Part shown: positions 47,011 through 57,562 of the stretch, piece by piece
How positions within the stretch are numbered: position 1 is the stretch's first letter
How the letters are laid out: the number at the start of each line of letters is the position of its first letter
From: Acidobacteriota bacterium
GTDB lineage: Bacteria > Acidobacteriota > CAIWXX01
DNA length: 64,000 nucleotides
Reading direction: 5' to 3'
Assembly: GCA_040755995.1 (NCBI GenBank)
Contig: JBFMAF010000024.1
Coordinates: forward strand, 96,001-160,000
The notes under the pieces: generated by a model
Databases searched by the model: none
Seen by the model: the letters and a program-made list of their open reading frames with translations, nothing else
Told to the model about the DNA's origin: nothing
Made by a program: the position numbers and the translations under genes

Positions 47011-49677
47011 ATGCCATCATTTCTACTTGGCCTGGTACTATTCGCATTTGCCGTGCAGCCGGTGCTGGCGGCTTCGAAGCCCAAGACGGCAGCGGCCGCT
47101 GTTGCCCCGGAACGCAAAGTGGACGCGGTGCTCCTTTCGGCGCTGAAGGCGCGGAGCATCGGACCGGCTATCATGGGTGGGAGGGTCTCGGAGATCGCCC
47201 TTGATCCGCAGTCCCCCAACGTATTCTACGTGGCTCTGGGCACCGGCGGGCTGATGAAGACGACTGACAACGGGGCCACGTTTCAGGCGGTGTTCGAGAA
47301 GGAGGCGGTGGCTTCGATCGGAGCCGTTGCGGTGGCGCCGTCTGATCCGAAGGTGGTGTGGGTAGGGACCGGGGAGGCGAACGACCGCAATAGCTCGAGC
47401 TGGGGAAACGGCATCTATCGTTCCGCCGACGGCGGCGACACCTGGGCGCACGTGGGGCTGGCAGACAGCAAGGTAATCGCGAGAATTGCCGTGCACCCGA
47501 ACGATCCACATACGGCATGGGTGGCCGTGCTGGGAGACCTGTGGGTGCCGAGTCCGAGTCGTGGCCTGCACAAGACGACCGATGGCGGAAAGACGTGGAA
47601 GCTCGTTTTGCAGGCGCCCGCTCCTTACAGCACAAAGGTCGGCTGTGGAGAAGTCGTCCTGGATCCGTCGGACCCGAGTGTGCTCTACGCGGCGGTGTAC
47701 GCGAGGCAGAGGAGCCCGTGGTCGCTGACGGTGGGTCCGGAGTGCACCGACGGGAAGGACTTGGGCGGGATCTTCAAGAGTTCCGACGGAGGAGCCACGT
47801 GGAAGAAACTGGTCAATGGGCTGCCGGGACGCACCGCACGGATCGGCCTGGATGTGAGCCGCAAGAATCCAAAGGTCGTTTACGCCATCGTCCAGTCGGA
47901 TGAGGGCGGCCAGACTGACATCGACGCTCTCAGGAGCAAGCGTGGAGGCGTTTTTCGATCGGAAGACGCAGGCGAAACGTGGGTGCGCACGAATCCTCTG
48001 AACCCGCGTTCCTTCTATTTCAGCCAGATTCGCGTGGACCCGTCCAACGACCAGCGAGTCTATGTCCTCGGGTACGCGATGCACGTGTCGGAAGACGGGG
48101 GCAAGACCTACCGGGAGGACTGCTTCCAGAAGGTCCACCCTGATTGTCACGCCCTGGCGATCGACCCGCGCGATCCGAAGCGGCTGATCCTTGGAACCGA
48201 CGGCGGGCCCTACCTTAGCTACGACGGCGGCAAGGGATGGGCGCACCTGAACAACATGGCGGCCGGCGAGTACTATCGCATCACAGTGGACATGAGCACG
48301 CCGTACCGCATCGCGGGTGGGCTGCAAGACAACACGAACTGGGTCGGCCCAAGCATGACATGGTCGAAGGAAGGGATCCGGAATTGCGACTGGCAGAACA
48401 TCGGGGGAGGCGACGGCTTCTATTGCGTGTTCGACGCCGATGATCCGAACATAGTCTACGCCGAGGGTCAAGAGGGCTATGCGCACCGTGTCAATCTGGG
48501 GAACGGCGAGCTCAAGGAGCTGCGCCCACAGCCTGCCGAAGGGAATCCGGCGTTCCGATTCCACTGGGCGTCTCCTCTGATTCCGAGCCCGCATCGCAAG
48601 GGCGTCATCTACCTTGCCGGGAACGTCGTCTTCGAGATGACAAACAAGGGAGAGGAATGGCGTGTCATCAGTCCCGATCTCTCGACCCAGGACCCGAAAA
48701 AGACGACGTCGGTTGGAAGCGGCGCGGAGAACTACGGAGTCGTGTACACGCTGGCAGAGTCGCCCATCAAGCCCGGGCTGCTTTGGGCAGGCACCGACGA
48801 CGGCAAGCTGTGGCGATGCGACGCCGGTGTATGGACTGATCTCACGACGAATCTACCGGCGCCGGTCAAAGGACAGTGGATCGGACGAATCGAGGCCGGG
48901 CATTTCGATCCCGCGGTCGCCTACCTTGCAATAGACGCGCATCGGACCGGCTTGTACTCTCCGTTCGCCTACCGCACGTCAGATGCCGGGAAGACGTGGC
49001 GGCCCGTCGCATCCGACCTGCCCCCCGACGGACCCGTGAAGGTCGTCCGCGAAGACGTCAAGAATCCGAAACTCCTTTTCGCAGGAACTGAGTTCGGGCT
49101 CTTCGCGAGCCTGGACCAGGGTGCTCATTGGAACAGGTTCGGTGACCTGCCCACAGTCGCGGTGGATGACATCGTGATTCACCCCCGGGACATGGACCTT
49201 ATCGTGGGGACACACGGACGCAGCATCTACATCGTCGACGATATCCGGCCGCTGCAGGAGCTGACCTCAGAGGTGCTCGAGCGGGAGGCTACCTTGTTCT
49301 CGATTCGACCCGCATTCGGCCGCTACCAGCTTCTCGACTGGACCGACTCCGCCGGCAACGCAGTCTACCGGGGAGCCAATCCGCCTGAAGGGGCGATCAT
49401 CAACCTCTTCGTCAAGGACTTTACCGGGCAGCCAGCGAAGATCACCATCACCAACGCGCAAGGACAGGCAGTCGCAAGTCTGACCACACCCGGCACGCCC
49501 GGGATCAATCGCGTCACCTGGGACCTCAAGCCGACCAAGGACCTGATGATCACGTACGGTGGCCTCGGATACAAGTTCCTCGCGACGGGTGACTATGACG
49601 TGGCGCTCGCTTACGGCAAGACCAAGCAGACGCAGAAACTCCACGTCGAGATCGCACCAGGGATCGAGACGCGCTAG
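47011..49677 (+). CDS. Secreted BNR/Asp-box (VPS10/sortilin-like) putative glycosyl hydrolase
   Basis: Signal peptide, RSIGPAIMGGR, many SxDGGxTW repeats, GGLQDN, THGRS. Confidence 0.9.
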   Translation: MPSFLLGLVLFAFAVQPVLAASKPKTAAAAVAPERKVDAVLLSALKARSIGPAIMGGRVSEIALDPQSPNVFYVALGTGGLMKTTDNGATFQAVFEKEAVASIGAVAVAPSDPKVVWVGTGEANDRNSSSWGNGIYRSADGGDTWAHVGLADSKVIARIAVHPNDPHTAWVAVLGDLWVPSPSRGLHKTTDGGKTWKLVLQAPAPYSTKVGCGEVVLDPSDPSVLYAAVYARQRSPWSLTVGPECTDGKDLGGIFKSSDGGATWKKLVNGLPGRTARIGLDVSRKNPKVVYAIVQSDEGGQTDIDALRSKRGGVFRSEDAGETWVRTNPLNPRSFYFSQIRVDPSNDQRVYVLGYAMHVSEDGGKTYREDCFQKVHPDCHALAIDPRDPKRLILGTDGGPYLSYDGGKGWAHLNNMAAGEYYRITVDMSTPYRIAGGLQDNTNWVGPSMTWSKEGIRNCDWQNIGGGDGFYCVFDADDPNIVYAEGQEGYAHRVNLGNGELKELRPQPAEGNPAFRFHWASPLIPSPHRKGVIYLAGNVVFEMTNKGEEWRVISPDLSTQDPKKTTSVGSGAENYGVVYTLAESPIKPGLLWAGTDDGKLWRCDAGVWTDLTTNLPAPVKGQWIGRIEAGHFDPAVAYLAIDAHRTGLYSPFAYRTSDAGKTWRPVASDLPPDGPVKVVREDVKNPKLLFAGTEFGLFASLDQGAHWNRFGDLPTVAVDDIVIHPRDMDLIVGTHGRSIYIVDDIRPLQELTSEVLEREATLFSIRPAFGRYQLLDWTDSAGNAVYRGANPPEGAIINLFVKDFTGQPAKITITNAQGQAVASLTTPGTPGINRVTWDLKPTKDLMITYGGLGYKFLATGDYDVALAYGKTKQTQKLHVEIAPGIETR

Positions 49678-49835
49678 CCGGAGGAAGACGGGAGACGAAA
49701 GACGGAAGGCGGGGATGCGATGGCAAGATGCGGTGAAGGGGTCTTGTCGGGCTCTCCGCGGCTCCCCATCACCGCGTCTCCGCGTCCGCTGCCGCACGCC
49801 CGGGCACCTCAGGCCCCAGAGCGCAACGGAGACGC

Positions 49836-52208
49836 TCACGGCGGAACCGGCTGCTTCTGAAGGTACTTTACGAAGGTGACCTTGTTGCCCTCGAAGGTCT
49901 CCGGCTCGTACCAGATCCCGTCGACAGACTTGCGGGTCAGGAACAGCCCAATCCCGCCGATCGGCTGGTCGATCGTGGCATGGCCGTCGTAACGGTTGAG
50001 TTTCGCCTCGAAGTCGAACGGCATGCCGTAGTCGGTGACCGTGACGCACAACCCGTCGGCGCGCGGGTGGAACTCGACCTGGAACGTCTCGTTCGTATCC
50101 CCGCCATAAGCATGCATGATCACGTTGGTGGCCACCTCATCCAACGCCAGCGAGATCTGGTATAGCTCACCCTCGCTGAACCCGATGTCTCGCCCGACCG
50201 CTTCGGCCAGCGAGCAGATCTTCCCGAGCATGCCTGTCCGCGCCGGCAGCTCCATGCGAATGCCTCCGTGGCACTCCGCCACCTGAACCACCCGCATGTG
50301 CTCCTCTTCCTTCCGCCGCCTGAGCGTCACGATGGTGATGTCATCGTCGCGCCCGCCGTGAGGCGAGAACTTCTCAACGACGCTCAGCAGCCCCTCCGCA
50401 ATCTCCACGCAGGGTCTCTCGCTCAACGGGCCCACCGAATCCATCAGCCGTTCCATACCGAACATGTCGCCCTGAGCGTCCATCGCCTCCGTAACGCCGT
50501 CCGTGTACAGCAGGAGCGCCTCGCCCGGCCCAAGCGTGAACTCGGTCGTGTGGAAATGCGTGGCCGGCAGCACAGCCACTGGCAGGTTCGTCTTCATATG
50601 AATCGCCGCGGCTTTCTCGCCGGGCCTCAAATGAAGGGGCGGATTGTGCCCCGCACACACGAAGCGAGTGAATCCGGTGTTCAAGTGGTATTCACCATAG
50701 AGCACGGTCACGAACATGCCCGCGACGTTGTCGCGCGCGAGCATGTGATTGACACGTCTCATGACTTCCGCGGGTTGGTAGTTCCTCTCGGCGATCTCGC
50801 GCACCAGCATGCGGGTCATTGCCATCATGAGGGAGGACGGTGCGCCCTTGCCGGATACGTCCGCCACGACGATGGCTATCCGGTCTCCCGGCAAACGGAA
50901 GAAATCATAGTAGTCCCCGGCGACCTCGCGCGCCGGCTTCGTCAGCCCGTAAATGTCGAGCCGATCCTGGAACTCGGGAAACGGCGGGAATATGCGGGGC
51001 AGGATGCTCTGCTGGATCTCCGCTGCGATCATGAGCTCCTGCCTGTACCGCTCCTTCTGCGCCGCCGTCGATTTGACCGTCTCGATCTGATCCGCGATCG
51101 CCTTCCCCATGTAGTTGAATGCTCCGGAGAGCCGGCGGATCTCGGTGGGGCCCTCGTTCGTGTTCAGCCTTTGGTCGAACGCCCCGCGTGAGTACTGTTC
51201 AGCCTGCTTCACGAGCTGTGAGATGGGCGAGGCGACAGAAGCAGACACGAGCAGAATCAGCGCGACAAGCAGAACAAGTATGATCGCGGACACGACGGCC
51301 ACGTTGGACTTCAGCTGCCTGAGCGGCCTCAGAATCTCGGCGGACGGGTAAATGACCGTCAGCGTCCAGCCCGTGGCCTGGAGCGGAGTGCATATGACCC
51401 AGGACGACCGGCGCGTGAAAGGATCGATCATCTCCACGAAATCGGGACCGGGCGTGCGGATGAGCTCGGCCAGTTGACGCATGCTCCCGTCGGTCGAGTC
51501 CTCGTCCATCTGCCCCAGCGTCCTCTGCGACAGCACACCCTCCGTGGGATGCGCTATGAGATGCCCGTCGCTGGTCACCACAAAAGCGAATCCGCTCTCT
51601 CCAACGGTCACCTTGCGTATCCTGCGGACGAGATCCTCGAGTGAGATGTCCACAGTGGCAACCCCGATCGTGGTGCCGCTGGCACGGATAGGCACGGAGT
51701 ACGTCGTCATGAGCACATTCCCGCCTCCACGGTCAAAGTACGGCTCTCCCCAGGTCCCGCCGTTCCGTTCCAGAGGCGTCTTGTACCAATCCCACCTCGG
51801 GTAGTCGTAGGCGGGGTCGGCAAGAGACGTGAATGCAACCCCGTGGGACGTTCGGTGGAAATAGGGGGAGAAGCGCCCGAGGGCCGTGGCTCCGGGCACG
51901 AAGGCGGCCGTTGTCCCGAAAACATTGGGACTTGTCTCGAGGGTGTTCCTGAGAAGGCGTTCGACACTCGACTTCTCGATCGGGTCCATAGACGCTATCG
52001 CAACCGCCACACCGTCGGCGATCTTCTGCGAGGACTCGAAGAGAATGTCGAACTGAACTCCTTGTGAGCTGGCGAGCTGATACGTCTCGGCGTTGATCTG
52101 CTCCAGCACCGTCTGCTCGCTCTTCCGGAAACTGGCGAAAATGACGATGCCAAGCAGGAGCACGATAGTCGGTATCAGTACGGCGAGCAGGCGAGACCGC
52201 AGACTCAA
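49836..52208 (-). CDS. Cache-HAMP-PP2C/SpoIIE phosphatase fused to an RsbW-like anti-sigma kinase (HATPase)
   Basis: Cache (WGEPYFD), HAMP, GDYYD/DVSGKG/YTDG/DDIT, then DEVATNVIMHAY, DYG, GGIGLFL. Confidence 0.9.
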   Translation of the reverse strand: MSLRSRLLAVLIPTIVLLLGIVIFASFRKSEQTVLEQINAETYQLASSQGVQFDILFESSQKIADGVAVAIASMDPIEKSSVERLLRNTLETSPNVFGTTAAFVPGATALGRFSPYFHRTSHGVAFTSLADPAYDYPRWDWYKTPLERNGGTWGEPYFDRGGGNVLMTTYSVPIRASGTTIGVATVDISLEDLVRRIRKVTVGESGFAFVVTSDGHLIAHPTEGVLSQRTLGQMDEDSTDGSMRQLAELIRTPGPDFVEMIDPFTRRSSWVICTPLQATGWTLTVIYPSAEILRPLRQLKSNVAVVSAIILVLLVALILLVSASVASPISQLVKQAEQYSRGAFDQRLNTNEGPTEIRRLSGAFNYMGKAIADQIETVKSTAAQKERYRQELMIAAEIQQSILPRIFPPFPEFQDRLDIYGLTKPAREVAGDYYDFFRLPGDRIAIVVADVSGKGAPSSLMMAMTRMLVREIAERNYQPAEVMRRVNHMLARDNVAGMFVTVLYGEYHLNTGFTRFVCAGHNPPLHLRPGEKAAAIHMKTNLPVAVLPATHFHTTEFTLGPGEALLLYTDGVTEAMDAQGDMFGMERLMDSVGPLSERPCVEIAEGLLSVVEKFSPHGGRDDDITIVTLRRRKEEEHMRVVQVAECHGGIRMELPARTGMLGKICSLAEAVGRDIGFSEGELYQISLALDEVATNVIMHAYGGDTNETFQVEFHPRADGLCVTVTDYGMPFDFEAKLNRYDGHATIDQPIGGIGLFLTRKSVDGIWYEPETFEGNKVTFVKYLQKQPVPP

Positions 52209-52275
52209 GAAGTCACCTCAAGACGGAGAAACGATCGCTGTTTGGACGTGGCGGCAGAGCCGGCACTGCGGAGAG

Positions 52276-52602
52276 TCAGCTGAGCTTCTGAACGTCGGCA
52301 ACGATGGAGAAAATGCTGGAGAACCCTGAGATCTCCAACACCTCTCGAACGTTCTCCTGCGGGCTGACGAGCGCCATGCCGCCGGATTTGCCCTTGGCCG
52401 ATTTCAGTGTGGCCAGCAGCACACGCAGACCCGCGCTGCTCATGTACTGCACGCCGGCGAGATCCACAGCCAACCAGACTGTGCCCTTGTCCAGTTGCGC
52501 CTTGCACGCAGCCTCGAACTCGGGCGCCGTGTGGCCATCGATCCGCCCGGAAACGGCCATCACAGTCCACTTGCCCTCTGTCTTCGTCGCGTCAATCTGC
52601 AT
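52276..52602 (-). CDS. STAS domain anti-sigma factor antagonist
   Basis: GRID, VDLAGVQYMSSAGLRVL, EISGF; AGGAGG RBS. Confidence 0.93.
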   Translation of the reverse strand: MQIDATKTEGKWTVMAVSGRIDGHTAPEFEAACKAQLDKGTVWLAVDLAGVQYMSSAGLRVLLATLKSAKGKSGGMALVSPQENVREVLEISGFSSIFSIVADVQKLS

Positions 52603-52822
52603 CGTAGCCTCCTGTGTTCTACAGAATTCCCCGAGAGCCCGCTTCCATCACCGAATCGGCGTGCGTCTCATTCATATCGTGCCCTGAATCTTAAGCCAGT
52701 CCCTCAAGCTTGTCCAGTCCGCCAATCCATCCGGGGATCCAAAGTCTGTGCGATGGATCGCGGGAAGGGCTTGCCGCCCGTGCCGAGGGCACGGTCCGTG
52801 CCACGGTGCGACGGATGCAAGC

Positions 52823-52852
52823 TTGACCTGCCGCCTGCGGCGCTACTATACT
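52823..52852 (+). promoter_or_regulatory. Putative sigma70 promoter giving a leaderless pyrR mRNA
   Basis: TTGACC, 18 bp, TATACT, 7 nt before ATG 52860; no RBS. Confidence 0.6.
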
Positions 52853-52859
52853 GCCGCGC

Positions 52860-53402
52860 ATGAAGATCAAGGCTCGGATCATGGATCGGAAGAAGATGGA
52901 GCGGGCGGTTGCACGAATCCAGCAGGAGATCTTGGAGCACAACAAGTCCGCCAGCGATCTGGTCATCATCGGAATTCGAAGGCGTGGAGTGCCGTTGGCA
53001 GAACGCATCGCGTCAGGGATCGAAGCGGCCGAGCAGGTGAAGGTCCCGCGCGGCAGCCTCGACATCACCATGTATCGCGACGATCTCTCGACCGCACCCG
53101 TGCAACCGAAAGTCGAAAGGACCGACATCCCGTTCTCGGTCAACGACAAGGACGTTATTCTCGTCGACGACGTACTGTTCACCGGCAGGACCGTTCGAGC
53201 AGCCATGGACAGCCTGATCGACTTCGGCAGGCCACGGACGATCCAGCTCGCGGTCCTCATCGACCGCGGGCATCGCGAGCTCCCCATCCGCGCCGACTAC
53301 GTCGGCAAGATCCTTCCGACGTCCCGGAAGGAGATCGTGGACGTCCGGCTGGAGGAGACCGACGGCACCGACGAGGTGCTCATCGCGGAAGGGGAGAGCT
53401 AG
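52860..53402 (+). CDS. pyrR: PyrR bifunctional regulator / uracil phosphoribosyltransferase
   Basis: [36 protein letters not shown]. Confidence 0.96.
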   Translation: MKIKARIMDRKKMERAVARIQQEILEHNKSASDLVIIGIRRRGVPLAERIASGIEAAEQVKVPRGSLDITMYRDDLSTAPVQPKVERTDIPFSVNDKDVILVDDVLFTGRTVRAAMDSLIDFGRPRTIQLAVLIDRGHRELPIRADYVGKILPTSRKEIVDVRLEETDGTDEVLIAEGES

Positions 53403-54355
53403 TGCCCCTCCGCACAAGACACCTCCTCGGGATCGAGCACCTCGACAAGGATGAGATCGAAACTATTCTCGACACGGCCGACTCCTTCAAGGAGGTCCTG
53501 AGCCGCGAGATCAAGAAGGTACCGACGCTCCGCGGCAAGACGGTCGTGACCCTGTTCTACGAACCGTCCACGCGCACCCGTACGTCCTTCGAAATGGCCG
53601 CGAAGATTCTGAGTGCGGACACCGTTTCGATCGCCACTACGACCAGCAGCGTTCAGAAGGGCGAGACGCTCGTGGACACAGTTCGCAATCTCGAAGCCAT
53701 GATGCCGGATTGCGTCATAGTGCGGCACCCCTGCGCCGGTGTCCCGGACATGCTCAGCCGGATCTGCCGCGGCTCGGTCATCAACGCCGGCGACGGGGCC
53801 CACGAGCATCCCACGCAGGCGCTCCTCGACGCCATGACAATGCGCGAGAAGAAGGGGCGCATACAGGGACTTCGAGTCGCCATCGTCGGCGATATCCGGC
53901 ATTCGCGGGTCGCGCGATCCAACATACACCTTCTAAAGAAACTCGGCGCCGACGTCAACGTGGCCGGCCCCTCGACTCTCATCCCGCCCGACATCGACAA
54001 GCTGGGCGCCGGTGTCACGACCGAGCCGATCAAGGCCATCCGGGATGCCGACGTCGTCATGATGCTGCGCATCCAGCAGGAACGCATGGACAAGTCGTTC
54101 TTCCCGACGTTGCGCGAGTTCGCCATGCTCTACGGCCTGACCCGGGAGAAGATGAAGCACGCCAGGCCCGATGCCATCATCATGCACCCGGGGCCGATGA
54201 ACCGCGGAGTCGAGATCGACCATGAGCTGGCAGATTCGAACGCCTCTGTAATTCTCGATCAGGTCCAGAACGGCGTGGCGGTTCGCATGGCCGTGCTCTA
54301 CCTCCTGGTCGGAGGCAATCCCGCCCAGGGACCCAGCACCGGAGGACCCTCATGA
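53402..54355 (+). CDS. pyrB: Aspartate carbamoyltransferase catalytic subunit
   Basis: [29 protein letters not shown] overlaps the pyrR stop. Confidence 0.96.
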   Translation: MPLRTRHLLGIEHLDKDEIETILDTADSFKEVLSREIKKVPTLRGKTVVTLFYEPSTRTRTSFEMAAKILSADTVSIATTTSSVQKGETLVDTVRNLEAMMPDCVIVRHPCAGVPDMLSRICRGSVINAGDGAHEHPTQALLDAMTMREKKGRIQGLRVAIVGDIRHSRVARSNIHLLKKLGADVNVAGPSTLIPPDIDKLGAGVTTEPIKAIRDADVVMMLRIQQERMDKSFFPTLREFAMLYGLTREKMKHARPDAIIMHPGPMNRGVEIDHELADSNASVILDQVQNGVAVRMAVLYLLVGGNPAQGPSTGGPS

Positions 54356-55629
54356 AGCTCCTCATAAAGAACGCCCGGGCCATCGACCCCTCGCAGGGCC
54401 TCGACGATACCCGCGACCTGTTGATCGTCGACGGGAAGATCGCCAGGGTCGAGCCGTCGATCTCGGACGGCGAGGCGGAGGTCCTCGAGGCTGTCGGCCT
54501 CGTGGTCACCCCCGGATTCATCGACATGCACGTCCACCTGCGTGAGCCCGGCCGGGAGGACAAGGAAACGATCAAGAGCGGCTGCGAGGCCGCGGCTGCG
54601 GGCGGCTTCACGTCGATCTGCTGCATGCCGAACACCAATCCGGTGAACGACACGCGCGCCGTGACCGACTTCATTCTCGCGCGGGCAAAGGAGAGCGGGA
54701 TCGTAAACGTCTTCCCGATCGGCGCGGTCACGCGCGGGCAGGAAGGGAGGCTGTTGGCCGATGTCGGGGAGATGCGCGAAGCCGGCTGCGTGGCCATCTC
54801 GGATGACGGCAAGCCGGTCTGGAACGCCCTGATCATGCGGCGCGCGCTCGAATACGCCGGCATGTGGAACATGCCGGTCATCGACCACTGCGAGGACCTG
54901 CACCTGGCCGAGGGCGGGGTCATGAACGAAGGGTATTACTCGACCGCTCTGGGGCTGCGCGGCATCCCGGCCATGGCCGAAGATATCATGGTCCAGCGCG
55001 ACATCACTGTCGCGGGAGCCGTAGGCCAGCACCTGCACGTAGCCCACCTGTCGACCGCCGGCGCCATGGCCGCGGTGCGAGACGGGAAGCGGCGCGGCAT
55101 CAAGGTCACGTGCGAAGTCACACCGCACCATTTCGCCCTGACCGACAAGGAGGTCAGCTCCTACGATACGTCCACCAAGATGAACCCGCCGCTGCGCAGC
55201 GAGGCCGACCGGCAGGTGCTCCTCGCGGGCATCAAAGATGGGACGGTCGACTGCATAGCCTCCGATCATGCCCCCCACACATTCGACGACAAGAACGTCG
55301 AGTACGACTATGCACCTTTCGGAATCGTGGGGCTGGAGACCGCTGTCTCGCTGGCACTGGACCGGCTCGTGAACTCCGGTCTGATCCCCATGTCCCGGCT
55401 GGTGGCGCTGATGTCGTCGAACCCGGCGCGAGTCTTGGGACTCAAGGGCAAGGGCTCGCTGCGCGTGGGATCGGACGCGGACGTCACGGTGTTGAATCCT
55501 CAGAAGAAGGTCACCGTCGACTCCGAACGATTCAAGTCCAAGAGCCACAACACGCCGTTCAACGGATGGAAGCTCAAAGGCGCCCCCGCGGCCACCATCG
55601 TCGCCGGCAGAATCGTCTGGCGCGAGTAG
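54352..55629 (+). CDS. pyrC: Dihydroorotase (type I)
   Basis: [27 protein letters not shown]. Confidence 0.95.
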   Translation: MKLLIKNARAIDPSQGLDDTRDLLIVDGKIARVEPSISDGEAEVLEAVGLVVTPGFIDMHVHLREPGREDKETIKSGCEAAAAGGFTSICCMPNTNPVNDTRAVTDFILARAKESGIVNVFPIGAVTRGQEGRLLADVGEMREAGCVAISDDGKPVWNALIMRRALEYAGMWNMPVIDHCEDLHLAEGGVMNEGYYSTALGLRGIPAMAEDIMVQRDITVAGAVGQHLHVAHLSTAGAMAAVRDGKRRGIKVTCEVTPHHFALTDKEVSSYDTSTKMNPPLRSEADRQVLLAGIKDGTVDCIASDHAPHTFDDKNVEYDYAPFGIVGLETAVSLALDRLVNSGLIPMSRLVALMSSNPARVLGLKGKGSLRVGSDADVTVLNPQKKVTVDSERFKSKSHNTPFNGWKLKGAPAATIVAGRIVWRE

Positions 55630-55641
55630 CCGCTCCCGGGT

Positions 55642-55697
55642 CGTACCCCTACCCGTTCCCGATTGGTCCTCTTCGGGTACGCGAACGGGTAGGGGCG
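55642..55697. repeat. Hexamer-repeat hairpin after pyrC
   Basis: CGTACCCCTACCCGTTCCCG ... CGGGTACGCGAACGGGTAGGGG. Confidence 0.6.
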
Positions 55698-55837
55698 TGT
55701 GAACGAGGTGCAGGCACGATCCTTCATGCATGCTGCTTGAGGTGTGATGAGAGGTACCGCGATCGCGCCGCCTTGTGTGCCTGTCTCTGCTCTGGTAAGA
55801 TATCGCGTGACTGAGCGTGTTGCAGCAGTGAGAGGCG

Positions 55838-57457
55838 ATGTACACCCTTGTTTATAGTGAGAAGGGCGAACAGAAGACATTTCCCATCGTCAGGTCCGAG
55901 ATCACCATCGGGCGAGCCCGCGAGAACGACCTGACCCTTTCCGACATCAGCATCTCCCGGCGTCACTGTCGGATCCGTGTCGGCCCTGAGGGCGGCAGGA
56001 TCTCCGACATGAACACGCTTAACGGGACGAAGGTCAACGGCGTGCCGATCGTCGAGATCGCGCTGAAGGACGGGGATGAGATACACCTCGGCGGCTTCCC
56101 CCTGCGCGTCCGTGTGAGCGAGGACGAACGGGTCAGTCTCGTCGACGCCAAGCCGCTCGACACGGGCATGGGGACCTACATCGTCAACGTAGGGGACATC
56201 GCGAAGGCGTATGGCGCCGAGGACACAGGGGAAGGCGATCTGGTCCGCGGCGCGGCGGTGCCGACGGTGCCACCGACTCACGACATCCAGAAGAGCTACA
56301 ACGCGCTCAAGTTTCTCACCAAAGTGGTCGAGTCCATCATCAAGGTTCAGCCGCTCGATCAGGTGCTCGACACCATCATGGACATGGTCTTCAGCAACTT
56401 CGCCGCAGAGCGCGGGTTCCTGATGCTGCACGACAGGGACTACGACACACTGGTGCCGAAGGTGGTCCGCTTCAAGAAGGCCGGTTTGCAGGAGGAGAAG
56501 ATCGCGATATCGAGGACGATCACAAACAAGGTCTTCCGCGAAAAGCAGGCGATCCTCACGCAGGACGCGCAGATAGACAGCCAGTTCGAGGCCGGCGAGT
56601 CGATCAGGTTCCTCGGCATCCGATCCGCCATGTGCGTGCCGCTCTGGCACAAGGAAGATGTAATCGGCATCATCTACGCCGATTCGCTGATCCAGAGCAA
56701 GAGCTTCTCGGAGGCCGATCTGGAGCTCCTCGCGATCATGGCGAATTACGCGGCGGTGGGCATAGAGCATGCTCGACTGAACGCGCGCATACAGGAGGAG
56801 ATGAAGAAGCGGGCGAAGCTCGAGCGCTACCACTCCCCGGGCGTCATCAGCCGCATCCTGGACTCGCCTGAGTCCGGCGGCGAGCTTGTCTTTGACCTTC
56901 AGGAGCGAGAAGCGACCGTGCTCTTCACTGACATCGTGGGGTTCACGTCGATGGCGGAGAAGCTCGAGCCGCACAAGGTGGCCTACATCCTGAACGACTA
57001 CTTCTCACAGATGACGGATATCATCTTCCAGAATGAGGGCACGCTCGACAAGTACATCGGCGACGCGATCATGGCGGTCTTCGGCGCTCCATTCCCGCAG
57101 GAGGACCACGCTTCCAGGGCCGTCCGCGCCGCGCTGCAGATGCGCCAGGTGCTGGAGTCGATCAACCAGAAACGTGGCGACGGCCTGGCAATTCAGATCC
57201 GCACCGGCATCAACAGCGGCAAGGTCGTGGCCGGGGATGTCGGATCGCCGAAGCGCATGGAATACACGGTATTGGGTGATACGGTCAACGTGGCTTCGCG
57301 ACTGGAGTCGGCCGTGGCCGAGCCCGGCCAGATCATCGTGGGCGAGAACACGTACGAGCTGATCAAGGGGCGTTTCAAGGTCCGTCCCATCGGGACCCCT
57401 TCCATGCAAGGCATTACGAAAGCCATGTTGGCGTACGAGGTGCTGGACACGCCCTGA
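55838..57457 (+). CDS. FHA-GAF-class III adenylate/guanylate cyclase
   Basis: FHA (IGR, SRRH, NGT), GAF, FTDIVGFT, DKYIGDA, YTVLGDTVNVASR (Lys/Thr pair favours ATP). Confidence 0.93.
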   Translation: MYTLVYSEKGEQKTFPIVRSEITIGRARENDLTLSDISISRRHCRIRVGPEGGRISDMNTLNGTKVNGVPIVEIALKDGDEIHLGGFPLRVRVSEDERVSLVDAKPLDTGMGTYIVNVGDIAKAYGAEDTGEGDLVRGAAVPTVPPTHDIQKSYNALKFLTKVVESIIKVQPLDQVLDTIMDMVFSNFAAERGFLMLHDRDYDTLVPKVVRFKKAGLQEEKIAISRTITNKVFREKQAILTQDAQIDSQFEAGESIRFLGIRSAMCVPLWHKEDVIGIIYADSLIQSKSFSEADLELLAIMANYAAVGIEHARLNARIQEEMKKRAKLERYHSPGVISRILDSPESGGELVFDLQEREATVLFTDIVGFTSMAEKLEPHKVAYILNDYFSQMTDIIFQNEGTLDKYIGDAIMAVFGAPFPQEDHASRAVRAALQMRQVLESINQKRGDGLAIQIRTGINSGKVVAGDVGSPKRMEYTVLGDTVNVASRLESAVAEPGQIIVGENTYELIKGRFKVRPIGTPSMQGITKAMLAYEVLDTP

Positions 57458-57562
57458 GCCGTTGGATCATATGAAAAGTGAATTCGATCCGATCGAGCAC
57501 CGGCGCAAAGCGACTTCAGTCGTGCTGAGCATCAGGCGCGAGGAGCGCCGCGGGCCGCCGCG

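Noticed and set aside
52778..52803. Sigma54-like TGGCAC-N5-GTGC / GGCACGG-CCGTGCC palindrome
   Set aside because: Lacks TTGC at -12 and is equally explained as a GC-rich palindrome; no supporting activator context
52748..53401. pyrB frame open for 218 codons across pyrR (possible dual coding)
   Set aside because: Extension is Arg/Gly/Pro-rich off-frame sequence typical of GC-rich DNA; a coupled GTG start exists at 53402
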